Below are positions 51,072 to 62,718 of a stretch of DNA of 64,000 nucleotides, piece after piece. Location of the stretch: NCBI RefSeq assembly GCF_002854065.1, contig NZ_CP024147.1. One strand, given 5' to 3'. Below the pieces are notes generated by a model that saw only the letters and a program-made list of their open reading frames with translations, was not told where the DNA came from and ran no database searches. Within the stretch, counting starts at the first letter, position 1. Every line of letters starts with the position of its first letter. Made by a program: the position numbers and the translations under genes. The stretch comes from Escherichia coli. GTDB taxonomy: Bacteria; Pseudomonadota; Gammaproteobacteria; Enterobacterales; Enterobacteriaceae.

Positions 51072-53624
51072 GTGAAGTTCGTAAAGTATTTTTTGATCCT
51101 TGCAGTCTGTTGCATTCTGCTGGGAGCAGGCTCGATTTATGGCCTATACCGCTACATCGAGCCACAACTGCCGGATGTGGCGACATTAAAAGATGTTCGC
51201 CTGCAAATTCCGATGCAGATTTACAGCGCCGATGGCGAGCTGATTGCTCAATACGGTGAGAAACGTCGTATTCCGGTTACGCTGGATCAAATCCCGCCGG
51301 AGATGGTGAAAGCCTTTATCGCGACGGAAGACAGCCGCTTCTACGAGCATCACGGCGTTGACCCGGTGGGGATCTTCCGTGCAGCAAGCGTGGCGCTGTT
51401 CTCCGGCCACGCGTCACAAGGGGCGAGTACCATTACCCAGCAGCTGGCGAGAAACTTCTTCCTCAGTCCAGAACGCACGCTGATGCGTAAGATTAAGGAA
51501 GTCTTCCTCGCGATTCGCATTGAACAGCTGCTGACGAAAGACGAGATCCTCGAGCTTTATCTGAACAAGATTTACCTTGGTTACCGCGCCTATGGTGTCG
51601 GTGCTGCGGCACAAGTCTATTTCGGAAAAACGGTCGACCAACTGACGCTGAACGAAATGGCGGTGATAGCCGGACTGCCGAAAGCGCCTTCCACCTTCAA
51701 CCCGCTCTACTCGATGGATCGTGCCGTCGCGCGGCGTAACGTCGTGCTATCGCGGATGCTGGATGAAGGGTATATCACCCAACAACAGTTCGATCAGACA
51801 CGCACTGAGGCGATTAACGCTAACTATCACGCGCCGGAGATTGCTTTTTCTGCGCCGTACCTGAGCGAAATGGTGCGCCAGGAGATGTATAACCGTTATG
51901 GCGAAAGTGCCTATGAAGACGGTTATCGCATTTACACCACCATCACCCGCAAAGTGCAGCAGGCCGCGCAGCAGGCGGTACGTAATAACGTGCTGGACTA
52001 CGACATGCGCCACGGCTATCGCGGCCCGGCAAATGTGCTGTGGAAAGTGGGCGAGTCGGCGTGGGATAACAACAAGATTACCGATACGCTGAAGGCGCTG
52101 CCGACCTATGGTCCGCTGCTGCCTGCCGCAGTCACCAGCGCCAATCCTCAGGGAGCGACGGCGATGCTGGCGGACGGGTCGACCGTCGCATTGAGTATGG
52201 AAGGCGTTCGCTGGGCGCGTCCTTACCGTTCGGATACTCAGCAGGGACCGACGCCGCGTAAAGTGACCGATGTTCTGCAAACGGGTCAGCAAATCTGGGT
52301 TCGTCAGGTTGGCGATGCATGGTGGCTGGCACAAGTGCCGGAAGTGAACTCGGCACTGGTGTCGATCAATCCGCAAAACGGTGCCGTTATGGCGTTGGTC
52401 GGTGGCTTTGATTTCAATCAGAGCAAGTTTAACCGCGCCACCCAGGCACTGCGTCAGGTAGGTTCCAACATCAAACCGTTCCTCTACACCGCGGCGATGG
52501 ATAAAGGTCTGACGCTGGCAAGTATGTTGAACGATGTGCCAATTTCTCGCTGGGATGCAGGTGCCGGTTCTGACTGGCAGCCGAAGAACTCACCACCGCA
52601 GTATGCCGGTCCAATTCGCTTACGTCAGGGGCTGGGTCAGTCGAAAAACGTGGTGATGGTACGCGCAATGCGGGCGATGGGCGTCGACTACGCTGCAGAA
52701 TATCTGCAACGCTTCGGCTTCCCGGCGCAAAACATTGTCCACACCGAATCGCTGGCGCTGGGTTCAGCGTCCTTCACCCCAATGCAGGTGGCGCGCGGCT
52801 ACGCGGTCATGGCGAACGGCGGCTTCCTGGTGGACCCGTGGTTTATCAGCAAAATTGAAAACGATCAGGGCGGCGTGATTTTCGAAGCGAAACCGAAAGT
52901 AGCTTGCCCGGAATGTGATATTCCGGTGATTTACGGTGATACGCAGAAATCGAACGTGCTGGAAAATAACAATGTTGAAGATGTCGCTATCTCCCGCGAG
53001 CAGCAGAATGTTTCTGTACCAATGCCGCAGCTGGAGCAGGCAAATCAGGCGTTAGTTGCGAAGACTGGCGCGCAGGAGTACGCACCGCACGTCATCAACA
53101 CTCCGCTGGCATTCCTGATTAAGAGTGCTTTGAACACCAATATCTTTGGTGAGCCAGGCTGGCAGGGTACCGGCTGGCGTGCAGGTCGTGATTTGCAGCG
53201 TCGCGATATCGGCGGGAAAACCGGTACCACTAACAGTTCGAAAGATGCGTGGTTCTCGGGTTACGGTCCGGGCGTTGTGACCTCGGTCTGGATTGGCTTT
53301 GATGATCACCGTCGTAATCTCGGTCATACAACGGCTTCCGGAGCGATTAAAGATCAGATCTCAGGTTACGAAGGCGGTGCCAAGAGTGCCCAGCCTGCAT
53401 GGGACGCTTATATGAAAGCCGTTCTTGAAGGTGTGCCGGAGCAGCCGCTGACGCCGCCGCCGGGTATTGTGACGGTGAATATCGATCGCAGCACCGGGCA
53501 GTTAGCTAATGGTGGCAACAGCCGCGAAGAGTATTTCATCGAAGGTACGCAGCCGACACAACAGGCGGTGCACGAGGTGGGAACGACCATTATCGATAAT
53601 GGCGAGGCACAGGAATTGTTCTGA
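51072..53624 (+). CDS. mrcA: Penicillin-binding protein 1A (850 aa, GTG start)
   Basis: ORF track 858 aa; glycosyltransferase and transpeptidase motifs; start at VKFVKYFLIL. Confidence 0.95.
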   Translation: MKFVKYFLILAVCCILLGAGSIYGLYRYIEPQLPDVATLKDVRLQIPMQIYSADGELIAQYGEKRRIPVTLDQIPPEMVKAFIATEDSRFYEHHGVDPVGIFRAASVALFSGHASQGASTITQQLARNFFLSPERTLMRKIKEVFLAIRIEQLLTKDEILELYLNKIYLGYRAYGVGAAAQVYFGKTVDQLTLNEMAVIAGLPKAPSTFNPLYSMDRAVARRNVVLSRMLDEGYITQQQFDQTRTEAINANYHAPEIAFSAPYLSEMVRQEMYNRYGESAYEDGYRIYTTITRKVQQAAQQAVRNNVLDYDMRHGYRGPANVLWKVGESAWDNNKITDTLKALPTYGPLLPAAVTSANPQGATAMLADGSTVALSMEGVRWARPYRSDTQQGPTPRKVTDVLQTGQQIWVRQVGDAWWLAQVPEVNSALVSINPQNGAVMALVGGFDFNQSKFNRATQALRQVGSNIKPFLYTAAMDKGLTLASMLNDVPISRWDAGAGSDWQPKNSPPQYAGPIRLRQGLGQSKNVVMVRAMRAMGVDYAAEYLQRFGFPAQNIVHTESLALGSASFTPMQVARGYAVMANGGFLVDPWFISKIENDQGGVIFEAKPKVACPECDIPVIYGDTQKSNVLENNNVEDVAISREQQNVSVPMPQLEQANQALVAKTGAQEYAPHVINTPLAFLIKSALNTNIFGEPGWQGTGWRAGRDLQRRDIGGKTGTTNSSKDAWFSGYGPGVVTSVWIGFDDHRRNLGHTTASGAIKDQISGYEGGAKSAQPAWDAYMKAVLEGVPEQPLTPPPGIVTVNIDRSTGQLANGGNSREEYFIEGTQPTQQAVHEVGTTIIDNGEAQELF

Positions 53625-53626
53625 TT

Positions 53627-53655
53627 AAAAAGGCGCTTCGGCGCCTTTTCAGTTT
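53627..53655 (+). terminator. Rho-independent terminator after mrcA
   Basis: aaaaaggcgc-ttcg-gcgcctttt palindrome. Confidence 0.65.
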
Positions 53656-53678
53656 GCTGACAAAGTGCACTTGTTTAT

Positions 53679-53707
53679 GCCGGATACGGGTGAACGCGTT
53701 ATCCGGC
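53679..53707. repeat. REP-like palindromic element
   Basis: gccggatacgggtgaacgcgttatccggc resembles REP consensus; between mrcA and nudE. Confidence 0.5.
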
Positions 53708-53788
53708 TAACAAAATCGTGAAAACTCAATATATTGCAGGAACCCCATAAGCCTGATAAGCGTTGTGCATCAGGCAAACTTCACGCAT

Positions 53789-54349
53789 TTACACTCGCCC
53801 CTGCCCTTTCAACCATTCGCGCACGAGGAACAGCGCGCTGACATTACGCGCTTCGTTGAAGTCAGGGTCTTCCAGCAAATCCATCATATGCGCCAGCGGC
53901 CAGCGCACCTGTGGTAGCGGCTCTGGCTCATCGCCTTCCAGCGATTCCGGGTAGAGATCTTGCGCTACCACGATATTCATTTTGCTGGAAAAGTAAGACG
54001 GTGCCATGCTGAGCTTCTTCAAAAAAGTCAGATCGTTCGCACCAAATCCAACCTCTTCTTTTAGCTCGCGGTTAGCGGCTTCGAAGACGCTTTCACCCGG
54101 ATCAATTAATCCTTTCGAAAAACCTAATTCGTAGGATTCAGTTCCCACTGCATATTCGCGGATCAGGATCAGGTGATCGTCCACAATCGGCACAATCATC
54201 ACTGCTTCCCGGTTGGTTGGACGCATTCGTTCATAAACACGCCGCACGCCATTGCTGAACTCCAGATCCACGCTCTCGACGGTAAACAGTCGGGAACGGG
54301 CTACAGTTTCAACATTCAGAATGGTGGGTTTTTGTAATGATTTGCTCAT
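53789..54349 (-). CDS. nudE: ADP-sugar/NUDIX hydrolase NudE
   Basis: ORF track 186 aa with Nudix box GLIDPGESVFEAANRELKEEVG. Confidence 0.93.
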   Translation of the reverse strand: MSKSLQKPTILNVETVARSRLFTVESVDLEFSNGVRRVYERMRPTNREAVMIVPIVDDHLILIREYAVGTESYELGFSKGLIDPGESVFEAANRELKEEVGFGANDLTFLKKLSMAPSYFSSKMNIVVAQDLYPESLEGDEPEPLPQVRWPLAHMMDLLEDPDFNEARNVSALFLVREWLKGQGRV

Positions 54350-54668
54350 CGTGGGATCTATGCTGTGAAATCAGCGGTTATTGTGCGATATCGGACACGC
54401 TTTCGGCAATGTGAATTGCATGTTATTTACATTTATGTAACTTAATAAATAATCGTCCTCAAATCAAATTAAAAGTCAATAGGTTGAAATAACTCCAGGA
54501 ATTTGCTGATATTCCGCCTTCAGAGGGTTTGCTATGATCAGCGGTTACTGTGATGTGCTTAATGATGCTCAAGTTAAACTCCACGCTTGCCGATAGCCAA
54601 CCGCAGAATCATGTATTGTGTCCGGTGCGACTGACCACGCCTGACAGACTAAGTAAGATGGGGAAAGC

Positions 54669-56804
54669 ATGAGCACCATTGTGATTTTTTTAGCTGCTTT
54701 GCTGGCCTGCTCACTACTTGCGGGATGGCTGATAAAAGTGCGATCCAGACGGCGTCAGCTGCCCTGGACCAACGCCTTCGCGGATGCGCAAACGCGTAAA
54801 CTCACACCTGAAGAACGTAGCGCCGTTGAAAATTATCTTGAGAGCCTGACGCAGGTATTACAGGTGCCTGGCCCAACGGGAGCCAGCGCGGCACCGATCT
54901 CTCTGGCGCTGAATGCCGAAAGCAACAACGTCATGATGCTGACACACGCTATCACGCGTTACGGCATCTCTACCGACGATCCGAATAAATGGCGTTACTA
55001 CCTCGATTCGGTAGAAGTGCACCTGCCCCCTTTCTGGGAGCAGTACATCAACGATGAGAATACCGTTGAATTGATTCATACCGATTCGCTGCCACTGGTT
55101 ATTTCACTCAACGGTCATACGCTGCAGGAGTACATGCAGGAAACGCGCGGCTATGCCTTGCAACCTGTTCCGTCCACGCAGGCGTCGATTCGCGGGGAAG
55201 AGAGTGAGCAAATCGAGCTACTCAATATTCGCAAAGAAACGCATGAAGAATATGCGCTGAGTCGTCCGCGCGGGCTGCGTGAAGCGTTGCTGATCGTCGC
55301 CTCCTTTCTGATGTTCTTTTTCTGCCTGATTACCCCGGATGTATTTGTTCCGTGGCTGGCAGGCGGCGCGTTACTGCTGCTGGGCGCAGGTCTGTGGGGG
55401 CTATTCGCCCCCCCGGCAAAATCCTCCCTGCGGGAAATTCATTGTCTGCGCGGTACACCCCGTCGTTGGGGATTGTTTGGCGAAAACGATCAGGAACAGA
55501 TCAACAATATTTCACTCGGTATTATCGACCTGGTCTATCCCGCACACTGGCAGCCATACATTGCTCAGGATCTCGGTCAACAAACCGATATTGATATCTA
55601 TCTCGACCGCCACGTAGTGCGTCAGGGACGATATCTTTCGCTGCATGATGAAGTAAAAAACTTTCCGTTACAGCACTGGCTGCGCAGTACGATTATCGCT
55701 GCGGGCTCGCTGCTGGTGCTGTTTATGCTGTTATTCTGGATCCCGCTGGATATGCCGCTGAAATTCACTCTCTCATGGATGAAAGGCGCGCAGACCATTG
55801 AAGCCACCAGCGTAAAACAACTGGCTGACGCTGGCGTGCGGGTAGGCGATACATTGCGTATTAGCGGTACGGGAATGTGTAATATTCGCACTTCCGGAAC
55901 CTGGAGCGCGAAAACCAATTCACCTTTTTTACCGTTTGACTGCTCGCAGATCATCTGGAATGACGCCCGCTCATTACCATTACCAGAATCTGAGCTGGTC
56001 AACAAAGCGACGGCATTGACTGAAGCAGTTAATCGCCAGCTGCACCCTAAACCGGAAGATGAATCTCGCGTCAGTGCCTCATTACGTTCAGCGATTCAAA
56101 AATCCGGCATGGTATTGCTTGATGATTTTGGCGACATTGTACTGAAGACAGCGGATCTGTGTTCTGCCAAAGATGACTGTGTGCGACTGAAAAATGCGCT
56201 GGTCAATCTCGGCAACAGTAAAGACTGGGACGCGCTGGTAAAACGCGCCAACGCCGGGAAGCTCGATGGCGTGAATGTGTTATTACGCCCGGTGAGTGCG
56301 GAATCGCTGGATAACCTGGTGGCAACCTCCACCGCGCCGTTTATCACGCATGAAACGGCACGAGCGGCACAATCACTAAACAGTCCGGCCCCCGGCGGAT
56401 TCCTGATTGTCAGCGATGAAGGCAGCGATTTTGTTGATCAGCCCTGGCCTTCGGCATCACTTTACGACTACCCGCCGCAAGAACAGTGGAACGCTTTCCA
56501 GAAACTGGCACAAATGCTGATGCATACGCCGTTTAACGCCGAGGGTATCGTCACAAAAATCTTCACTGACGCCAATGGTACGCAGCATATAGGCCTTCAT
56601 CCGATCCCGGATCGTTCCGGCCTGTGGCGCTATCTCAGCACCACACTGCTGCTACTGACGATGCTGGGTAGCGCCATTTATAATGGCGTACAGGCCTGGC
56701 GGCGTTACCAGCGTCATCGCACTCGCATGATGAAGATTCAGGCCTATTATGAAAGCTGCCTGAACCCGCAACTGATCACCCCTTCAGAAAGCCTTATCGA
56801 ATAA
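54669..56804 (+). CDS. igaA: Inner-membrane Rcs-system regulator IgaA
   Basis: ORF track 711 aa MSTIVIFLAALLACSLLAGWLIKVRSRRRQLPW... Confidence 0.93.
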   Translation: MSTIVIFLAALLACSLLAGWLIKVRSRRRQLPWTNAFADAQTRKLTPEERSAVENYLESLTQVLQVPGPTGASAAPISLALNAESNNVMMLTHAITRYGISTDDPNKWRYYLDSVEVHLPPFWEQYINDENTVELIHTDSLPLVISLNGHTLQEYMQETRGYALQPVPSTQASIRGEESEQIELLNIRKETHEEYALSRPRGLREALLIVASFLMFFFCLITPDVFVPWLAGGALLLLGAGLWGLFAPPAKSSLREIHCLRGTPRRWGLFGENDQEQINNISLGIIDLVYPAHWQPYIAQDLGQQTDIDIYLDRHVVRQGRYLSLHDEVKNFPLQHWLRSTIIAAGSLLVLFMLLFWIPLDMPLKFTLSWMKGAQTIEATSVKQLADAGVRVGDTLRISGTGMCNIRTSGTWSAKTNSPFLPFDCSQIIWNDARSLPLPESELVNKATALTEAVNRQLHPKPEDESRVSASLRSAIQKSGMVLLDDFGDIVLKTADLCSAKDDCVRLKNALVNLGNSKDWDALVKRANAGKLDGVNVLLRPVSAESLDNLVATSTAPFITHETARAAQSLNSPAPGGFLIVSDEGSDFVDQPWPSASLYDYPPQEQWNAFQKLAQMLMHTPFNAEGIVTKIFTDANGTQHIGLHPIPDRSGLWRYLSTTLLLLTMLGSAIYNGVQAWRRYQRHRTRMMKIQAYYESCLNPQLITPSESLIE

Positions 56805-56868
56805 CACGTTTGCGCGGCAGGTTATGCTACCCTGTCGCGCAAATTGCTTCACTCTGGAGATTTCCCTC

Positions 56869-57537
56869 ATGCATATCAACATTGCCTGGCAGGACGTAGA
56901 TACCGTTCTGCTGGATATGGACGGCACGTTGCTCGACCTCGCCTTCGATAACTATTTCTGGCAAAAGCTGGTGCCTGAAACATGGGGCGCGAAAAACGGG
57001 GTTACGCCACAGGAAGCGATGGAATATATGCGCCAGCAATATCACGACGTACAGCATACGCTAAACTGGTACTGTCTTGATTACTGGAGTGAGCAACTGG
57101 GTCTGGATATCTGTGCGATGACCACCGAGATGGGACCGCGTGCCGTACTGCGTGAAGATACCATTCCGTTTCTTGAGGCACTGAAAGCCAGCGGTAAGCA
57201 GCGAATTTTGCTCACCAATGCGCATCCGCACAACCTGGCGGTAAAACTTGAGCATACCGGTCTGGACGCACACCTTGATTTATTACTTTCCACCCACACA
57301 TTTGGTTATCCGAAAGAGGATCAGCGGTTATGGCATGCGGTGGCCGAAGCTACGGGTCTGAAAGCTGAAAGAACGCTGTTTATTGATGACAGCGAAGCGA
57401 TTCTCGATGCTGCCGCGCAATTTGGTATTCGTTACTGCCTCGGCGTGACTAATCCTGACTCAGGGATTGCCGAGAAACAGTATCAACGCCATCCGTCACT
57501 GAATGACTACCGCCGCCTGATCCCCTCGCTAATGTGA
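56869..57537 (+). CDS. yrfG: HAD-family nucleotidase YrfG (222 aa)
   Basis: ORF track 237 aa; start set at MHINIAWQDVDTVLLDMDGTLLDL (HAD motif). Confidence 0.9.
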   Translation: MHINIAWQDVDTVLLDMDGTLLDLAFDNYFWQKLVPETWGAKNGVTPQEAMEYMRQQYHDVQHTLNWYCLDYWSEQLGLDICAMTTEMGPRAVLREDTIPFLEALKASGKQRILLTNAHPHNLAVKLEHTGLDAHLDLLLSTHTFGYPKEDQRLWHAVAEATGLKAERTLFIDDSEAILDAAAQFGIRYCLGVTNPDSGIAEKQYQRHPSLNDYRRLIPSLM

Positions 57538-57547
57538 AGGAGACGCC

Positions 57548-57949
57548 ATGAAAGAAAAACCTGCTGTTGAGGTTCGACTGGATAAATGGCTATGGGCTGC
57601 CCGTTTTTATAAAACCCGCGCGCTGGCCCGTGAAATGATTGAGGGCGGTAAGGTGCATTACAACGGGCAGCGCAGCAAGCCGAGCAAAATCGTCGAGCTG
57701 AATGCCACGCTCACTCTGCGCCAGGGAAATGACGAACGCACGGTGATTGTAAAGGCGATTACTGAACAGCGTCGCCCCGCCAGCGAGGCAGCCTTGCTGT
57801 ATGAAGAGACTGCGGAAAGTGTAGAGAAACGCGAAAAAATGGCGCTGGCACGTAAACTTAATGCCTTAACCATGCCGCACCCGGACCGACGCCCAGACAA
57901 AAAAGAGCGCCGCGACCTGTTACGATTTAAACACGGCGACAGTGAATAA
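57548..57949 (+). CDS. hslR: Heat shock protein 15 (ribosome-associated)
   Basis: ORF track 133 aa, S4-like RNA-binding domain. Confidence 0.93.
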   Translation: MKEKPAVEVRLDKWLWAARFYKTRALAREMIEGGKVHYNGQRSKPSKIVELNATLTLRQGNDERTVIVKAITEQRRPASEAALLYEETAESVEKREKMALARKLNALTMPHPDRRPDKKERRDLLRFKHGDSE

Positions 57950-57973
57950 CTGTTACCTGCAAGAGAGATGATT

Positions 57974-58852
57974 ATGCCGCAACATGACCAATTACATCGC
58001 TATCTGTTTGAAAATTTTGCCGTTCGCGGCGAACTGGTAACCGTTTCGGAAACCCTGCAACAGATCCTTGAGAACCACGATTATCCGCAGCCCGTTAAAA
58101 ACGTGCTGGCAGAACTGCTGGTTGCGACCAGCCTGTTAACCGCTACGCTGAAGTTTGATGGTGATATCACCGTACAGCTGCAAGGCGACGGTCCGATGAA
58201 TCTGGCGGTTATTAACGGTAACAACAACCAGCAGATGCGCGGTGTGGCGCGCGTGCAGGGCGAAATTCCAGAAAATGCCGACCTGAAAACGCTGGTCGGC
58301 AATGGTTACGTGGTGATCACCATTACCCCGAGCGAAGGTGAGCGCTATCAGGGCGTGGTGGGTCTGGAAGGAGATACCCTGGCGGCCTGCCTGGAAGATT
58401 ACTTTATGCGTTCTGAACAGCTGCCGACGCGCCTGTTTATTCGCACCGGCGACGTAGACGGCAAACCGGCTGCGGGCGGTATGTTGTTGCAGGTAATGCC
58501 TGCGCAAAATGCCCAGCAGGACGACTTCGACCACCTGGCGACGCTAACCGAAACCATCAAAACCGAAGAACTGCTGACCTTACCGGCAAACGAAGTGTTG
58601 TGGCGTTTGTATCACGAAGAAGAGGTGACGGTTTACGATCCGCAGGATGTGGAGTTCAAATGCACCTGCTCGCGTGAACGTTGCGCCGATGCGCTGAAAA
58701 CGCTGCCTGATGAAGAAGTCGATAGCATCCTGGCGGAAGATGGCGAAATTGACATGCATTGTGATTACTGCGGTAACCACTATCTGTTCAATGCGATGGA
58801 TATTGCTGAAATCCGCAACAACGCGTCTCCGGCAGATCCGCAAGTTCATTAA
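57974..58852 (+). CDS. hslO: Redox-regulated chaperone Hsp33 (292 aa; alternative start 57968)
   Basis: ORF track 294 aa; C-terminal CxC...CxxC zinc centre (CTCSRERC...CDYCG). Confidence 0.93.
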   Translation: MPQHDQLHRYLFENFAVRGELVTVSETLQQILENHDYPQPVKNVLAELLVATSLLTATLKFDGDITVQLQGDGPMNLAVINGNNNQQMRGVARVQGEIPENADLKTLVGNGYVVITITPSEGERYQGVVGLEGDTLAACLEDYFMRSEQLPTRLFIRTGDVDGKPAAGGMLLQVMPAQNAQQDDFDHLATLTETIKTEELLTLPANEVLWRLYHEEEVTVYDPQDVEFKCTCSRERCADALKTLPDEEVDSILAEDGEIDMHCDYCGNHYLFNAMDIAEIRNNASPADPQVH

Positions 58853-58861
58853 TGAGTATGT

Positions 58862-58890
58862 CCGGCAGAGAGGGCTCTGCCGGATTTTAC
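58862..58890 (+). terminator. Rho-independent terminator after hslO
   Basis: ccggcagag-aggg-ctctgccgg followed by attttac. Confidence 0.6.
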
Positions 58891-58914
58891 GACTAATACA
58901 CCTGATGCGCTTTG

Positions 58915-60639
58915 TCACTCATTCAGATTCACATCCAGCCTTTCACCATCCACTACAAGATCGCGCCACGCTTTAGGCTTCGTTCCCAGTTTTCCATCCT
59001 TCGCAGCTGTGAGTAATTTTTCTTTCGTTATATCACGCGGAAGTAAACTCATCGTAAGCTCTTGCCATTCTTTCTTGTCAGGATCAAAGCCATAGACAAT
59101 GTATCTTTCATCATCAAAGGCAAAGAGGATCCGCTCTGCCCTGCCATCACTATTCAGATCTTGCTCGACAAGTACGCAGGCGTCTTTTTCAATGCAGGTC
59201 ATCACGTTATAGCGATCCTGGATTAAGGCCGACCAGAATGTCGCATCCGGTTTACCAGAACCTGGGGCAATTAACACATTTTCGGCTAATACTTTTTCCG
59301 ATATCTGTTGCTGAAGATGTTGCTCTCCATCTAACGCCATCAACAGATCCCGCGCACGTTTCGGGTCTTTCATATACTCGGCATCGCTTTTCAGCGACTC
59401 AAGCGCCGCACGTCCATAGCGACCGCTCTGTTCGAGCATGTAGATAGTTACCTGGTCTGGCGTATTTTTGCCGCTCTGATAACGCGCCATATGACTGTTC
59501 ACACTAATGCGCATACTGTCCAGCACCGGAGAATTAAGAAGCACCAGTATTACCAACACCAATAACGAAACCGCAAGGTTCACTTTGCCCTGAAGAACAA
59601 GGGGATTTTGCCCTTTACGCCAGACGATGCTGACAAAATACCCCAGCGACCACACCAGTAACACCAGCACCGCCAGCACGCCCTGCAAGCGGTCGACAGT
59701 CCAGCCGTACTGAGCAACCCGCAGCCATAACGCCCAGGCGGCGACGAACACATACAGCGGAGCAACCAGCAAAGCGGTTTTAATCAGGCAACGCAACGGC
59801 CCCGTCCAGGGAAGAGACGCTTTTTGCGGATCGCGGACAATAGCCATTAAGATCAATTGCAAAAAGGCCAGCGTCAACAGCAACCCGGCGGCGGAGATGT
59901 GGCGAGAAATCGCGCTCAGGCCCGTAAACGGCAGGGTGATGATAAACATCAGGGTTAGCAATGATACTAACGGCAGCAACCCCGTGGCGATTAACGTGAA
60001 CAACTTTTGAATAGAGTCGATTAAACGTGACTGTGTTCGCGCGAGGATCACCGCCAGCGCGGTAACCAGACCTAATGTAAGATACATAAACCAGTCGGTT
60101 GCAAAAAAGAGCGTATTGAAAAACGTGATGCCAACAAGTTTAAACAACTCACCCCACAGTAAAAGCACCAGCCACGTCAGGCCATTGGCGAGAAAAATAA
60201 CCTGTAATATAAGTACGTTATGCCATACTGACTGGTAAAAATAGCGATAGCGGCTACTGCCATTGCGGATGCGAAGGCTTTGTTGTATCCACGGTAGCAA
60301 CAACATTGCCATCAGCAGCAGATAGCAGCCAAAATCCCAAAGCGCCTTTTCAGCTCTCCAGGGGTTCATGCCATCAGTTTGCCACTTCAGCCAACCGCTC
60401 ATCCCCAGCGTGGCAATAAACACCAGCGCCAGCCATCCCCAAAGGCGCTTCTGTTTAAAAGAGATCACGGAGAAGAGTAAAACGGATGAAAACGCGACGG
60501 TCGCAGGCACGCCATAAACAATCCAACTGTGATTTTTTCCGGAAAGCCAGGCGATCAGCAGGTAGCAAACCAGACCCTGAAGTAATCCGGTAGCAATCAT
60601 CCCCCAGCGTGTTGCGGGTGAAAGTTCAACGTTATCCAT
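58915..60639 (-). CDS. yhgE: Inner-membrane protein YhgE
   Basis: ORF track 574 aa, many TM segments. Confidence 0.85.
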   Translation of the reverse strand: MDNVELSPATRWGMIATGLLQGLVCYLLIAWLSGKNHSWIVYGVPATVAFSSVLLFSVISFKQKRLWGWLALVFIATLGMSGWLKWQTDGMNPWRAEKALWDFGCYLLLMAMLLLPWIQQSLRIRNGSSRYRYFYQSVWHNVLILQVIFLANGLTWLVLLLWGELFKLVGITFFNTLFFATDWFMYLTLGLVTALAVILARTQSRLIDSIQKLFTLIATGLLPLVSLLTLMFIITLPFTGLSAISRHISAAGLLLTLAFLQLILMAIVRDPQKASLPWTGPLRCLIKTALLVAPLYVFVAAWALWLRVAQYGWTVDRLQGVLAVLVLLVWSLGYFVSIVWRKGQNPLVLQGKVNLAVSLLVLVILVLLNSPVLDSMRISVNSHMARYQSGKNTPDQVTIYMLEQSGRYGRAALESLKSDAEYMKDPKRARDLLMALDGEQHLQQQISEKVLAENVLIAPGSGKPDATFWSALIQDRYNVMTCIEKDACVLVEQDLNSDGRAERILFAFDDERYIVYGFDPDKKEWQELTMSLLPRDITKEKLLTAAKDGKLGTKPKAWRDLVVDGERLDVNLNE

Positions 60640-60883
60640 GTTGGTTATCCAGAATCAAAAGGTGGGTTAATTATCGCATCCGGGCAGTAGTATTTTGCTT
60701 TTTTCAGAAAATAATCAAAAAAAGTTAGCGTGGTGAATCGATACTTTACCGGTTGAATTTGCATCAATTTCATTCAGGAATGCGATTCCACTCACAATAT
60801 TCCCGCCATATAAACCAAGATTTAACCTTTTGAGAACATTTTCCACACCTAAAATGCTATTTCTGCGATAATAGCAACCGTTT

Positions 60884-60899
60884 CGTGACAGGAATCACG
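60884..60899 (+). promoter_or_regulatory. Candidate CRP-like palindromic site upstream of pckA
   Basis: CGTGAcaggaaTCACG, near-match to TGTGA-N6-TCACA, about 125 bp upstream of pckA ATG. Confidence 0.35.
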
Positions 60900-61017
60900 G
60901 AGTTTTTTGTCAAATATGAATTTCTCCAGATACGTAAATCTATGAGCCTTGTCGCGGTTAACACCCCCAAAAAGACTTTACTATTCAGGCAATACATATT
61001 GGCTAAGGAGCAGTGAA

Positions 61018-62640
61018 ATGCGCGTTAACAATGGTTTGACCCCGCAAGAACTCGAGGCTTATGGTATCAGTGACGTACATGATATCGTTTACAACCCAAG
61101 CTACGACCTGCTGTATCAGGAAGAGCTCGATCCGAGCCTGACAGGTTATGAGCGCGGGGTGTTAACTAATCTGGGTGCCGTTGCCGTCGATACCGGGATC
61201 TTCACCGGTCGTTCACCAAAAGATAAGTATATCGTCCGTGACGATACCACTCGCGATACTTTCTGGTGGGCAGACAAAGGCAAAGGTAAGAACGATAACA
61301 AACCTCTCTCTCCGGAAACCTGGCAACATCTGAAAGGCCTGGTGACCAAACAGCTTTCCGGCAAACGTCTGTTCGTTGTCGACGCTTTCTGTGGTGCGAA
61401 CCCGGATACTCGTCTTTCCGTCCGTTTCATCACCGAAGTGGCCTGGCAGGCGCATTTTGTCAAAAACATGTTTATTCGCCCGAGCGATGAAGAGCTGGCA
61501 GGTTTCAAACCAGACTTTATCGTTATGAACGGCGCGAAGTGCACTAACCCGCAGTGGAAAGAACAGGGTCTGAACTCCGAAAACTTCGTGGCGTTTAACC
61601 TGACCGAGCGCATGCAGCTGATTGGCGGCACCTGGTACGGCGGCGAAATGAAGAAAGGGATGTTCTCGATGATGAACTACCTGCTGCCGCTGAAAGGTAT
61701 CGCTTCTATGCACTGCTCCGCCAACGTTGGCGAGAAAGGCGATGTTGCGGTGTTCTTCGGCCTTTCCGGCACCGGTAAAACCACCCTTTCCACCGACCCG
61801 AAACGTCGCCTGATTGGCGATGACGAACACGGCTGGGACGATGACGGCGTGTTTAACTTCGAAGGCGGCTGCTACGCAAAAACTATCAAGCTGTCGAAAG
61901 AAGCGGAACCTGAAATCTACAACGCTATCCGTCGCGATGCGCTGCTGGAAAACGTCACCGTGCGTGAAGATGGCACTATCGACTTTGATGATGGTTCAAA
62001 AACCGAGAACACCCGCGTTTCTTATCCGATCTATCACATCGATAACATCGTTAAGCCGGTTTCCAAAGCGGGTCACGCAACGAAAGTTATCTTCCTGACC
62101 GCAGACGCCTTTGGTGTGCTGCCGCCGGTTTCTCGTCTGACTGCCGATCAAACCCAGTACCACTTCCTCTCTGGCTTCACCGCCAAACTGGCCGGTACTG
62201 AGCGTGGCATCACCGAACCGACGCCAACCTTCTCCGCTTGCTTCGGCGCGGCATTCCTGTCGCTGCACCCGACTCAGTACGCAGAAGTGCTGGTGAAACG
62301 TATGCAGGCGGCAGGCGCGCAGGCTTATCTGGTTAACACTGGCTGGAACGGCACTGGCAAACGTATCTCGATTAAAGATACCCGCGCCATTATCGACGCC
62401 ATCCTCAACGGTTCGCTGGATAATGCAGAAACCTTCACTCTGCCGATGTTTAACCTGGCGATCCCAACCGAACTGCCGGGCGTAGACACCAGGATCCTTG
62501 ATCCGCGTAACACCTACGCTTCCCCGGAACAGTGGCAGGAAAAAGCCGAAACCCTGGCGAAACTGTTTATCGACAACTTCGATAAATACACCGACACCCC
62601 TGCGGGTGCCGCGCTGGTAGCGGCTGGTCCGAAACTGTAA
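61018..62640 (+). CDS. pckA: Phosphoenolpyruvate carboxykinase (ATP), 540 aa
   Basis: ORF track 563 aa; start set at [17 protein letters not shown]; kinase-1a motif GLSGTGKTT. Confidence 0.95.
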   Translation: MRVNNGLTPQELEAYGISDVHDIVYNPSYDLLYQEELDPSLTGYERGVLTNLGAVAVDTGIFTGRSPKDKYIVRDDTTRDTFWWADKGKGKNDNKPLSPETWQHLKGLVTKQLSGKRLFVVDAFCGANPDTRLSVRFITEVAWQAHFVKNMFIRPSDEELAGFKPDFIVMNGAKCTNPQWKEQGLNSENFVAFNLTERMQLIGGTWYGGEMKKGMFSMMNYLLPLKGIASMHCSANVGEKGDVAVFFGLSGTGKTTLSTDPKRRLIGDDEHGWDDDGVFNFEGGCYAKTIKLSKEAEPEIYNAIRRDALLENVTVREDGTIDFDDGSKTENTRVSYPIYHIDNIVKPVSKAGHATKVIFLTADAFGVLPPVSRLTADQTQYHFLSGFTAKLAGTERGITEPTPTFSACFGAAFLSLHPTQYAEVLVKRMQAAGAQAYLVNTGWNGTGKRISIKDTRAIIDAILNGSLDNAETFTLPMFNLAIPTELPGVDTRILDPRNTYASPEQWQEKAETLAKLFIDNFDKYTDTPAGAALVAAGPKL

Positions 62641-62680
62641 TGATTTGAAGCTGGAGAATATCTATCCAGTATCTTATAGA

Positions 62681-62715
62681 AAGCAAAACGGGAGGCACCT
62701 TCGCCTCCCGTTTAT

Positions 62716-62718
<3 letters not shown>
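62681..62718. terminator. Bidirectional terminator between convergent pckA and envZ
   Basis: acgggaggc-acctt-cgcctcccgt flanked by A run upstream and T-rich tract downstream. Confidence 0.65.
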
